A stretch of DNA of 64,000 nt, taken from positions 512 through 64,511 of the IMG/VR virus record IMGVR_UViG_3300043568_002650; one strand, written 5' to 3'. Numbering within the stretch: position 1 is the first letter of the stretch; every line of letters begins with the position of its first letter. Positions 10,005 through 17,839 of the stretch are shown here, one piece after another. Made by a program: the position numbers and the translations under genes. The stretch comes from a virus (Duplodnaviria > Heunggongvirae > Uroviricota > Caudoviricetes). Under the pieces are notes generated by a model. It saw nothing but the letters and a program-made list of their open reading frames with translations. It did not search any database and was not told the origin of the DNA.

Positions 10005-11322
10005 ACAATATCAAACACTACTCCAAACAATACTTGATTATGGTATTGAAAAAGGAGATAGAACAGGCACCGGAACCAAATCTATTTTTGGTTATACGAT
10101 TCGCCATAATATGAAGGAGGGATTCCCTCTTATCACAACTAAGAAGATGCCATTCCGTCTTATAGCAACCGAACTGATATGGTTCCTACGTGGTGATACA
10201 AACATTAAATTTCTTGTTGATAATGATTGTCATATTTGGGATGGTGATGCGTATAAGAACTATCTTAAAAATTGGAAACCCCAACCAATTATAGAAACAC
10301 AATCCTATTTGATAGAACAGGAGTATGTGAATGATAGACCACTACCAAAAGATATGTTTATTCATTGTATCAAAACAGATGATGAGTTTGCTAAGAAATG
10401 GGGTGATTTAGGTCCTGTGTATGGAGCACAATGGAGAGCTTGGGGAGGATATGATAGGATTCCATCTGGATATAATCATGGTTCAATAACCCATTTCAAA
10501 GAAGTACCTAAACATGACCAACTCGCAAACCTAATCAGTGACCTTAAGACAAACCCAGACTCAAGACGTTTGATGGTTACTGCTTGGAATCCTGCAGAAT
10601 TAGACCAAATGGTATTACCACCTTGTCATTATGGATTTCAAGTTTATACAAGAGAGTTGAGTTTGAAAGAGAGAATGAATTTATGTAAAGAACGATGGGA
10701 GGATATTGATGATGGACAACCTATGTTACCATCTGATATTGAATATTTTATGAATAATGAATGGAATATCCCAACCAGAGCAATCTCTTTAATGTGGAAT
10801 CAACGCTCAGTAGATACATTCTTAGGTTTACCATTCAACATTGCATCTTATGGATTGTTATTAGAAATCATTGCTAAATCAGTTAATATGGTTCCTGATG
10901 AATTGATTGGTAACTTAGGTGATACACATTTATATTCAAATCATATTGAACAAGCAAAAGAACAGATTGGTAGAGAGTTAACACACGAAGAGAGGCATGA
11001 AATGTTAAAAGTTGCAATGGGACCTTTAAGATACCAATCTGCAGTAGACGAACAAATGCCATTTGGTGGAGGTCTCTCTGAATACTATGAGTCTTATAAG
11101 ATTCCATATTACAGCAGAGAACCATATCCACTACCAACCTTAAACATCAACACTGAGTTTTGGCCAACAGAATCTGGAGAATGTGGAGAAGGACCGATTG
11201 ATGCTACTGCAGTATTTAATGGGTTTAGCAATGAACACTTCTGTAAATGTTTACTTGAAGAAGATTTACAATTAGGTAACTATCAATCACACGCACATAT
11301 TAAAGCTCCACTATCAAATTAA
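9988..11322 (+). CDS. thyA: thymidylate synthase ThyA with insertions
   Basis: DRTGTGT, ELIWFLRG, LGPVYGAQWR, LPPCH, QRSVDTFLGLPFNIASY, GDTHLYSNH. Confidence 0.97.
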   Translation: MNNLDKQYQTLLQTILDYGIEKGDRTGTGTKSIFGYTIRHNMKEGFPLITTKKMPFRLIATELIWFLRGDTNIKFLVDNDCHIWDGDAYKNYLKNWKPQPIIETQSYLIEQEYVNDRPLPKDMFIHCIKTDDEFAKKWGDLGPVYGAQWRAWGGYDRIPSGYNHGSITHFKEVPKHDQLANLISDLKTNPDSRRLMVTAWNPAELDQMVLPPCHYGFQVYTRELSLKERMNLCKERWEDIDDGQPMLPSDIEYFMNNEWNIPTRAISLMWNQRSVDTFLGLPFNIASYGLLLEIIAKSVNMVPDELIGNLGDTHLYSNHIEQAKEQIGRELTHEERHEMLKVAMGPLRYQSAVDEQMPFGGGLSEYYESYKIPYYSREPYPLPTLNINTEFWPTESGECGEGPIDATAVFNGFSNEHFCKCLLEEDLQLGNYQSHAHIKAPLSN

Positions 11323-11326
11323 ATAT

Positions 11327-11650
11327 ATGACAAGTATAGAAATTCAAAAATTTGGAGAAATCCAATACCTTAAAGGTAGACTCGATGAATTACACAAGGC
11401 TCTGCATAATGTGACTAGCATGGAAAAGAGCAGAAGACTTGATCAGCGAGTTGAAAAATACTTTAATAAGCTTCGCGAAGTAGATGAAGTTGCATATCAC
11501 CTCTATCAAGTTGAGCTTCGAAACAGACTCAGGGCTAAAGAAAAATCCAAAGAGGAGATGAAAGCTCTACTAGAGGAAATTATCAGTTCTGACAATCTAC
11601 AGGAATCTGAGTTAAAGGACAGAATACTTCACAAAATAAACACATATTAA
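11327..11650 (+). CDS. hypothetical coiled-coil protein
   Basis: ORF in operon. Confidence 0.7.
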   Translation: MTSIEIQKFGEIQYLKGRLDELHKALHNVTSMEKSRRLDQRVEKYFNKLREVDEVAYHLYQVELRNRLRAKEKSKEEMKALLEEIISSDNLQESELKDRILHKINTY

Positions 11651-11651
11651 T

Positions 11652-11924
11652 ATGAACTACACAAATCCAAATGATCTTGATCGTCATGACAAGCCAGAAG
11701 ACTGGTTAAACTCTTCCCTAATCTTTGCAAGAACACTAAGTCTAATCCTAAGAGAGGGAGAAGGTCTAGTTGTTGATATCGTAGGTGATGCAAAGTTTCA
11801 ACTAGATGAATCAGTACAGAAAGTAATAGTATTTAGTAGAGAAGGCCAAATCGTAGTGACTGAGTGTGAGGAAGACTTAGAGGAAGGTCAATTTGTAATG
11901 GTACATAACGAAAATCCAAACTAG
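11652..11924 (+). CDS. hypothetical protein
   Basis: ORF in operon. Confidence 0.7.
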   Translation: MNYTNPNDLDRHDKPEDWLNSSLIFARTLSLILREGEGLVVDIVGDAKFQLDESVQKVIVFSREGQIVVTECEEDLEEGQFVMVHNENPN

Positions 11925-11925
11925 A

Positions 11926-12117
11926 ATGAGTATGACTATAATAGGATTTGTAGATACCAATCCAGACACTGGAGAAGAGTATCCATTTGTTAAGATGTGC
12001 GAGTGTGAACATGAGTGGGCCGTAACCTGGATAGTTAGCGTATTAAAAAGAGATTTATCAGAAAACGCAGATGAGCCAAATCGAGAAATAAAAATAAAAA
12101 CTGATGAAAATACTTAG
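11926..12117 (+). CDS. hypothetical protein
   Basis: ORF in operon. Confidence 0.6.
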   Translation: MSMTIIGFVDTNPDTGEEYPFVKMCECEHEWAVTWIVSVLKRDLSENADEPNREIKIKTDENT

Positions 12118-12370
12118 ACCTGAAGTTGAAGCATGTATCGTAAATGGAGGAGGAATCCAGGACATGTTCGATAATGTAATAAAAGTCCTGTTTAATATTA
12201 CAGATGACGAATATGATTTTATTGCAGAAAGTGCAAGCGATGACGAGTTAAACATATTCTTAGCTGCACTTGGAGACATGGAAAAAGGTTCAAGCTTTAC
12301 TGAAAGACGTAAAGCATTGGAACTTCGAAACACGATATTAGCAAAATTTAACACTGAGGAAAAAGAATAA
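12104..12370 (+). CDS. hypothetical protein
   Basis: ORF in operon. Confidence 0.7.
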   Translation: MKILRPEVEACIVNGGGIQDMFDNVIKVLFNITDDEYDFIAESASDDELNIFLAALGDMEKGSSFTERRKALELRNTILAKFNTEEKE

Positions 12371-12801
12371 TGGAATTCTTAAACTCACACCCAATTAAAA
12401 AGTCAGACCTTGGATTTCATGGGAATCTATTCGGTGGAAAACTTCTTGCCTGGATTGATGCCTCCGCTGCTGGTTATGCAATGCAATTGTGTGATACTCC
12501 TCGTATGGTTACAGTAAGCATAGATAAGTGTAATTTTGAAAAACCTGCAAGGGAGGGTCAACTTATAAAAATCTATGGTTTTCCGCAAGCCATCGGTAAT
12601 AGCTCAGTTAACCTGTATATGGAAGCTAGAGCGCATAGCGTGTACACAGGCAAGCAGGCTATTGTGTTAAAAACACATATCCGGTTTGTACATATTGATG
12701 AGGATGGAAATCCTATTCCAATTGGTGAAAAAGGTAGAACCCGAATCCAACGATTAATTGAATCTGAATATGCGACGAGCGATGTTGATCTTACGAAGTA
12801 G
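12370..12801 (+). CDS. acyl-CoA thioesterase (hotdog fold)
   Basis: HGNLFGGKLLAWIDASA...VTVSID..NFEKP...FVHIDEDGNP. Confidence 0.9.
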   Translation: MEFLNSHPIKKSDLGFHGNLFGGKLLAWIDASAAGYAMQLCDTPRMVTVSIDKCNFEKPAREGQLIKIYGFPQAIGNSSVNLYMEARAHSVYTGKQAIVLKTHIRFVHIDEDGNPIPIGEKGRTRIQRLIESEYATSDVDLTK

Positions 12802-13177
12802 AGCAGACTTTCCTCAAAAGATTGAGGAGATGCAAGTAATGTATCCATCTAAGGCAGAAGCAATGATGGAAGTAGACCATGCGATTGACTACTTGCATAA
12901 AGTCAGAATATACCGACAGTATACTGAGTCTGATGACATGTTTCATTATCAAGTAGTACTTCACATGCAACTTAAGAACTACTTAGAAAATGTGCCAGAC
13001 TGGAAGATAGAACCTGAAGTGAAACCTTCCTTCTTTTCAAAAGCCTTTCATTTAATAACTACATGGCATGTACAAGTGTTAGTATGGATGGTTAAAAACT
13101 TTCCTAAACTCTTTGCTAAACTACGAAAAAGAGTACTGGTAAAACATGCTGAGTTAAAAAAGAAGAATTTAATTTAA
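12758..13177 (+). CDS. hypothetical protein
   Basis: ORF; start uncertain. Confidence 0.6.
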   Translation: MNLNMRRAMLILRSRADFPQKIEEMQVMYPSKAEAMMEVDHAIDYLHKVRIYRQYTESDDMFHYQVVLHMQLKNYLENVPDWKIEPEVKPSFFSKAFHLITTWHVQVLVWMVKNFPKLFAKLRKRVLVKHAELKKKNLI

Positions 13178-13227
13178 AACTTACTTTAAAAAGAGTATTA
13201 TAATTAAAACCTTTTAAATTTAACCAA

Positions 13228-13470
13228 ATGGCATTACGCACTTACATCATCGGTACCGAGAATGTTGGACTAACAACTCACAGAGAAGCAGCTGACTCTA
13301 ATCTTCTTAAAATGAAGGCAAAAAGCGTTGAACACGTACTTCAAACACTTAAAGAAGATTACGATTGGGGCGAATACGAAAAGGGAGGAACCTTCTTCGA
13401 CAAATGGTATTTTCCAAAGGATCAAGTAATAGTTTGCATTGACACACTAGCAAATCTTGATGAATTGTAA
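13228..13470 (+). CDS. hypothetical protein
   Basis: own TTTAAA-N20-TATAAT promoter at 13173-13204. Confidence 0.7.
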   Translation: MALRTYIIGTENVGLTTHREAADSNLLKMKAKSVEHVLQTLKEDYDWGEYEKGGTFFDKWYFPKDQVIVCIDTLANLDEL

Positions 13471-13548
13471 AATAAATTTTTCAACAATTGAAACTTTTTA
13501 TATTTTTGCAGTATAAATAATACAACAAAATAACTATTGATACTTTCA

Positions 13549-13632
13549 ATGAAACAATTAACAAATATCTCAATCCTTAGAACGGCCCTTCTGATAGAAG
13601 CAGGCGAGGGAAGAGTACGGTTAATAAGTTGA
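13549..13632 (+). CDS. putative leader peptide 1 (27 aa, MKQLTNISILRTALLIEAGEGRVRLIS)
   Basis: lies between TATAAATA (13512) and terminator 13654-13684. Confidence 0.55.
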   Translation: MKQLTNISILRTALLIEAGEGRVRLIS

Positions 13633-13653
13633 GTCAAAAATATAAGAATATTT

Positions 13654-13684
13654 AAACCTCAACCCAAAAAGTTGAGGTTTTTTT
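13654..13684 (+). terminator. intrinsic terminator/attenuator
   Basis: AAACCTCAAC/GTTGAGGTTT stem followed by U tract. Confidence 0.85.
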
Positions 13685-13724
13685 GTTTTAATGTGATTGT
13701 AAAAAGAGTATTATAACATTATAT

Positions 13725-13797
13725 CGCGGAGTAGAGAAGTTGGTATCTCGCAAGGCTCATAACCTTGAGGTCGTTCGTTCGAGTCGGACCTCCGCTA
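13725..13797 (+). tRNA. trnM: tRNA-Met(CAT), initiator-like
   Basis: cloverleaf, loop CTCATAA, C1:U72 mismatch. Confidence 0.9.
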
Positions 13798-13811
13798 CTA
13801 AAAAAGAAAAC

Positions 13812-13820
13812 GTTCTTTGA
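13812..13820 (+). promoter_or_regulatory. boxA-like antitermination site (also at 14444-14460, 16709-16725, 19740-19749)
   Basis: GTTCTTTGA(C/A)A repeated four times near starts of RNA blocks. Confidence 0.6.
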
Positions 13821-13827
13821 AAAAATT

Positions 13828-14096
13828 AAGAGTGCTGAGATTACAGGACGAATGTGAAAAACGGAACTTGTTCCAACCACACGGCAGAAGATGCCCTTAA
13901 TAATATTGCAAAAAGTTCGATAGATCTATATTAAGACCCAGGGCACAAATCCGTGTGAGGGAGGCTGAGTAGAAGAAGAACCTGCTATAGAATAATGTAC
14001 GTACACGTACTAATATATAAAGTCCTGAATGTGAGTATGGCAAGGGAGTTGATAATACCGGTTAAAAACAACTTTATTCTATAGATAGCAATACTT
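13828..14096 (+). ncRNA. candidate structured ncRNA (~270 nt, pseudoknotted)
   Basis: CAGGAC/GTCCTG, CACACGG/CCGTGTG, GCCCT/AGGGC, 11-bp CTATAGAATAA/TTATTCTATAG; no ORF. Confidence 0.55.
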
Positions 14097-14168
14097 GTTC
14101 CCATCGTCTAACGGTTAGGACGTTAGGTTTTCATCCTAGAAATCGGAGTTCGATTCTCCGTGGGAATA
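14097..14168 (+). tRNA. trnE: tRNA-Glu(TTC)
   Basis: cloverleaf, loop TTTTCAT. Confidence 0.93.
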
Positions 14169-14174
14169 CAAAAT

Positions 14175-14315
14175 GGTTCCGAATGGATATACTCATAAAC
14201 GTAATGAGTCACTACCGAACGGTGGGTATTAGAAAAATTAAGGCAGTATCTGACGGGGTACTAGTGCTAAGATTGGATGAATATCATGCAGGTTCGACCC
14301 CTGCCGGAATCACCA
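14175..14315 (+). ncRNA. oversized tRNA-like RNA with encoded CCA
   Basis: acceptor GGTTCCG/CGGAATC-A-CCA and T arm GCAGGTTCGACCCCTGC; non-tRNA interior. Confidence 0.65.
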
Positions 14316-14321
14316 AATTAT

Positions 14322-14394
14322 TGTGGAGTAGAGAAGTTGGTATCTCGTTGGGCTCATAACCCAAAGATCGGCAGTTCGAGTCTGTCCTCCGCTA
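14322..14394 (+). tRNA. trnfM: tRNA-fMet(CAT)
   Basis: anticodon stem with GGG/CCC, 1:72 mismatch. Confidence 0.92.
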
Positions 14395-14470
14395 CAACCA
14401 GTATCTGGTAGATAATTAATTTTATCTAACAGATCTAACAAATGTTCTTTGACATATTGGATCTAAAAAC

Positions 14471-14544
14471 GGTTCCGTAGCTCAGCCGGATAGAGCAACG
14501 CCCTTCTAAGGCGAAGGTCGCACGTTCGAATCGTGCCGGGATCA
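14471..14544 (+). tRNA. trnR: tRNA-Arg(TCT)
   Basis: cloverleaf, loop CTTCTAA. Confidence 0.95.
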
Positions 14545-14603
14545 CGGGAGTGTATGCAGTAGAGTTCAGCTTATGAGCAGATGTAACACGCACTTAAAGA
14601 TGG

Positions 14604-14756
14604 GGTTACAAGGTGATAGGCCGTTTGTTCAGCTTTGGCGATAAAAGCTGTCGATTTAAGTCACAAGTTTATCGTAAAAACATATGTTGACCGTGATGTT
14701 ATTGGGTCTGATCACCCGTTTCACGTTAACGGCGAAACCCTCCCAAGGGAGTAGCC
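14604..14756 (+). ncRNA. candidate structured spacer ncRNA
   Basis: GGTTAC/GTAGCC closing stem; GCCGTT/AACGGC, CAGCTTT/AAAGCTG, CTCCC/GGGAG. Confidence 0.4.
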
Positions 14757-14761
14757 AACTT

Positions 14762-14835
14762 GCAGGTATAGCTCAATTGGCTAGAGCGTCGCCCTTCCAA
14801 GGCGAGGGTTGTCGGTTCGAGTCCGACTACCTGCT
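14762..14835 (+). tRNA. trnG: tRNA-Gly(TCC)
   Basis: cloverleaf, loop CTTCCAA. Confidence 0.95.
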
Positions 14836-14840
14836 CTATT

Positions 14841-14915
14841 GGGTTGTTAGCTCAGATTGGCTAGAGCACTGCACTTGCACTGCAGGGGTCAAGGGTTCGA
14901 GTCCCTTACGATCCA
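14841..14915 (+). tRNA. trnA: tRNA-Ala(TGC)
   Basis: cloverleaf, G3:U70, loop CTTGCAC. Confidence 0.95.
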
Positions 14916-14975
14916 CAAAAAGCCTTAACGATTATTTGTACAGTAATCACCGACGGTTAGGCTGCCGTCTCATTT

Positions 14976-15128
14976 GGTTCTATAGCATAACGTGGGTAGC
15001 TCCCAGCAGTCGCGAGTGGGTAAATGATGATAGATTGTCAGTAACACTCCTTAATACTAGGATCGGAGTAAAAGGTTAGGGCATTCTATATGTAGTTTAC
15101 AAGGTGGGTTCGATTCCTACTAGAGCCA
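14976..15128 (+). ncRNA. oversized tRNA-like RNA
   Basis: acceptor GGTTCTA/TAGAGCC-A and T arm GTGGGTTCGATTCCTAC. Confidence 0.55.
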
Positions 15129-15288
15129 CAAAGTGTTGTTCCCTTGAGAAAGGAATATTTTTAGATGATACCTTACTATGCACCTAATCAGTGATTAGGT
15201 AAGGAGTGATAAGGCTGAACGTAACTTAATGCCAAACCATAGTTGAAAATGGTAGATAAAGACAACACAGAGGTTCTCAACCTCAACT

Positions 15289-15370
15289 GCACGAGTGGTG
15301 GAATTGGTAGTCACGCTGGTCTTAGGAACCAGTGCCGTAAGGTGTGAGGGTTCGAGTCCCTCCTTGTGTA
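15289..15370 (+). tRNA. trnL: tRNA-Leu(TAG)
   Basis: cloverleaf with variable arm, loop CTTAGGA. Confidence 0.93.
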
Positions 15371-15447
15371 CGATGTTGGGTAATTCCCAAATGAACTTAG
15401 GGCGGTATCGGGCTAGCCTAAGAGAGATCGACAAAAAGCCCGTCCAT

Positions 15448-15551
15448 AGTCAGGTGGCGGAACGGTAGACGCTAAAATAATGGGTGGATAGCGTGCCATT
15501 GGGGTAGAACCAAGAAAGTTACGCATACAGGTTCGAATCCTGTCCTGACTA
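15448..15551 (+). ncRNA. AGTCAGG-family tRNA-like RNA A (pseudoknot in place of anticodon arm)
   Basis: acceptor AGTCAGG/CCTGACT, Leu-like D arm, T arm; near-copy at 19572. Confidence 0.7.
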
Positions 15552-15717
15552 CAGGTAGCCCTCTGCCTAGCGCTGGGTATGGATCGAAGATGGGGATAGC
15601 CTCTTGAACGTTAGTTAGAATACTTCGGTATCCTTTAATCAATGCGCACTACTCCTTCCGAATCGTGTGTCGGCACAGTTTGTACGTTCTGGGGATAATC
15701 CAAAAACGTGCATTTTT

Positions 15718-15832
15718 AGTCAGGTGGTGGAATGGTAAAGCACCTGGTGAGCGGTAAATGGTAGGGAGTCATGACCTGAGAGTATACGTTAAGTCTTGCC
15801 ATGAGATGCAGGTTCGACCCCTGTCCTGACTA
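15718..15832 (+). ncRNA. AGTCAGG-family tRNA-like RNA C
   Basis: same acceptor, D and T arms; 115 nt, no canonical anticodon arm. Confidence 0.65.
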
Positions 15833-15894
15833 CGCAAAAAACACTGGGCTAAGTTTCCTTACCTCGCGAGAGACGGGTTTTATATGCCTAACAT

Positions 15895-16016
15895 AGTTAG
15901 GTGGTGAAATGGTAGACCGCCCCTTCTCATCAAAGGGGAGATGGAGTTCGAATCTCTGAAGTTGAGTAAAATCAACGAGTATAGTACTATTACAGGTTCG
16001 AATCCTGTCCTGACTA
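15895..16016 (+). ncRNA. AGTCAGG-family tRNA-like RNA D (CAT loop, multi-arm variable region)
   Basis: CCCCTT-CTCATCA-AAGGGG arm, second TTCGAAT loop, canonical T arm. Confidence 0.65.
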
Positions 16017-16177
16017 CAAACTTTTACTTGACTCCGATAGGATAGTAAAGCTCATTGGGAATTCGGAAATACCGTGAATGAGGGCGCAAGTAACGGAAAC
16101 TTGCAATGGCGGAGTGCCAAATACACTAGAAACGAGTCCTTGGGTGATCAATGGATGGTCTGAAATCTCCGCTAACT

Positions 16178-16251
16178 GGTCCTTTAACTCAGTCTGGTAG
16201 AGTGCCGCGCTCATAACGCGAGAGTCGTAGGTTCAAATCCTGCATGGACCA
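16178..16251 (+). tRNA. tRNA-Met/Ile2(CAT)
   Basis: cloverleaf, loop CTCATAA; elongator-like. Confidence 0.88.
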
Positions 16252-16382
16252 CTGGAAAATATTTTAAATAAAAATGAAAAAATATTTTACTTATTAAAAT
16301 AAAAGGTGTATATTAGCAACCTCAAACGATCAAATAGATCCAATACGTTAAAAATTAGAAATTGATAAGATAAATAAACACG

Positions 16383-16538
16383 ATGAAAAACATTAACAAC
16401 ATATTAAACACGTCATATCAGACTTTACCTAGTTCGCCGATGAGCTGGAGTTCGATCTGTGACTTTAATGTTGTGCGTTTAAATAACACGTTTATTGATC
16501 CTAAACAACACTTAAAAAATACTCGGGAATTGATGTAA
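16383..16538 (+). CDS. putative leader peptide 2 (51 aa, MKNINNILNTSYQ...)
   Basis: lies between ATAAATA (16370) and terminator 16564-16594. Confidence 0.55.
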   Translation: MKNINNILNTSYQTLPSSPMSWSSICDFNVVRLNNTFIDPKQHLKNTRELM

Positions 16539-16563
16539 ATCTTTAATTATATCAAACTAAAAT

Positions 16564-16594
16564 AAACCCGAGTCCAAAAGATTCGGGTTTTTTT
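16564..16594 (+). terminator. intrinsic terminator/attenuator
   Basis: AAACCCGAGTC/GATTCGGGTTT stem followed by U tract. Confidence 0.85.
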
Positions 16595-16602
16595 GTTTTA
16601 TT

Positions 16603-16675
16603 GCTTTCGTAGCTCAGTCGGTAGAGTGCCTCACTTGTAATGAGGATGTCATCGGTTCGAACCCGGTCGAAAGCT
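16603..16675 (+). tRNA. trnT: tRNA-Thr(TGT)
   Basis: cloverleaf, loop CTTGTAA. Confidence 0.95.
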
Positions 16676-16733
16676 CAAAAGATTGTTGAACTTCAATCTA
16701 AAAAAAATGTTCTTTGACATATTGGCTTTAAAT

Positions 16734-16804
16734 TTTCCCCTCGTCTAACGGCAGGACACGTGGTTTTGGTCCACGGAATCGAGGTTCGAATCCTTGGGGG
16801 AAAA
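16734..16804 (+). tRNA. trnQ: tRNA-Gln(TTG)
   Basis: cloverleaf, loop TTTTGGT. Confidence 0.93.
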
Positions 16805-16810
16805 CAATAA

Positions 16811-16896
16811 GGAAGTTTAATTAAGCTGGCGCTTAACCTAGTCTTGAAAACTAGTGGTACTGAAATATGTATGGGGATCGATACCTCAGGCTTCCT
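16811..16896 (+). tRNA. trnS: tRNA-Ser(TGA)
   Basis: long variable arm, loop CTTGAAA. Confidence 0.88.
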
Positions 16897-16958
16897 CAAA
16901 AGCGATCCACTGTGCGCTATATAAAAAGTCTTGCTTCGGCATGCTACACAGTGGACAA

Positions 16959-17031
16959 CTAGGCATGGGAAAGTTGGTAATCCGCGTGGTTTGGGACCAC
17001 GAGACCGCAGGTTCGAGCCCTGCTGCTTAGA
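16959..17031 (+). tRNA. trnP: tRNA-Pro(TGG)
   Basis: cloverleaf, loop TTTGGGA. Confidence 0.93.
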
Positions 17032-17127
17032 CGATATGGCTCATTTAGAAGTATTTTATGGATCAAATACTAGTCTAAATGAGCCATAAGTAGAAACAAG
17101 ATGATCCACAAATAAAAAATTAAACTC

Positions 17128-17346
17128 ATGGAGACAACCGTAATTAAAAAAGAGCTTTATAAACAAAAGCCTATTGCAAAATTAAAATTCATCAGATTAG
17201 GAGTAGCTTATTATTCAGCCCCAATTGAACATGAAAGTAAAACAGTAGATATTGAATTTCAAGTTCCAATTACAGACATGGGAGATACTGATTTTTATCC
17301 ATTAATGGATGCAAAATTATTAAACAGATACATCACAAACCTTTAA
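17128..17346 (+). CDS. hypothetical protein inside tRNA array
   Basis: 72 aa ORF with A-rich leader. Confidence 0.7.
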   Translation: METTVIKKELYKQKPIAKLKFIRLGVAYYSAPIEHESKTVDIEFQVPITDMGDTDFYPLMDAKLLNRYITNL

Positions 17347-17399
17347 AAAAATCCAAAGATTATGGAAAGTGACAAGAGCGACAAGAGTCGCAAACGAGA

Positions 17400-17474
17400 G
17401 ATCTCGTAGCTCAGTTGGTTTAGAGCACCTCACTTTTAATGAGGGAGTCGTGGGTTCGAGCCCCACCGGGATCA
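17400..17474 (+). tRNA. trnK: tRNA-Lys(TTT)
   Basis: cloverleaf, loop CTTTTAA. Confidence 0.95.
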
Positions 17475-17478
17475 CACA

Positions 17479-17600
17479 TGGGGAAGAATGCAAAACAATT
17501 CGCTCTTTTGCCGTTCTTCAGCAATGATAGTAATTAAAGAGTTTCATCGCAATTAAACAGTAAATTTAATGATTTGGCCCTAAGAAGCCCTTCCCCACCA
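17479..17600 (+). ncRNA. candidate CCA-ending structured RNA upstream of TROVE gene
   Basis: TGGGGAAG/CTTCCCCA stem then CCA; AATGCAAAA shared with the 19759 RNA. Confidence 0.5.
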
Positions 17601-17667
17601 ATTCAATAAACACAAATTTGTATCAATAAACTAGTCCTGTTTATTGTAACAAAAATGAGTTTATTAT

Positions 17668-17740
17668 GCACCTTTAGCTCAGCTGGTAGAGCGCTTGTTT
17701 TACATGCAAGATGTCACAGGTTCGATCCCTGTAGGGTGTA
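17668..17740 (+). tRNA. trnV: tRNA-Val(TAC)
   Basis: cloverleaf, loop TTTACAT. Confidence 0.95.
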
Positions 17741-17839
17741 CAAAACCTTTTTCGAAAAAAGTTTAAGCAAAAAGTGAAACTATCAGTTTTTATATTGTAT
17801 AGTATTAATCACAAAACAAAAAATTAATTCCTTGTACTA

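Noticed and set aside
9988-11322. Intron or intein in thyA
   Set aside because: The frame is continuous, the insertions are short, and there are no intein terminal or endonuclease motifs.
13828-14096. RNase P RNA or group I intron
   Set aside because: AAAGTCC is present, but its partner lies upstream (wrong order for P4), and there is no room or sequence for the P1-P6 core.
14175-14315. tmRNA
   Set aside because: Too short, lacks G3:U70 and has no recognisable tag reading frame.
15130-15715. Additional small hairpin clusters (15130-15240, 15373-15430, 15555-15715) as ribozymes
   Set aside because: Stems are present, but I found no hammerhead, twister or HDV core; support is too weak to call.
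17035-17088. 15-bp perfect inverted repeat after tRNA-Pro as a MITE/REP element
   Set aside because: Single copy, no target duplication or transposase; more likely a processing or stability hairpin.
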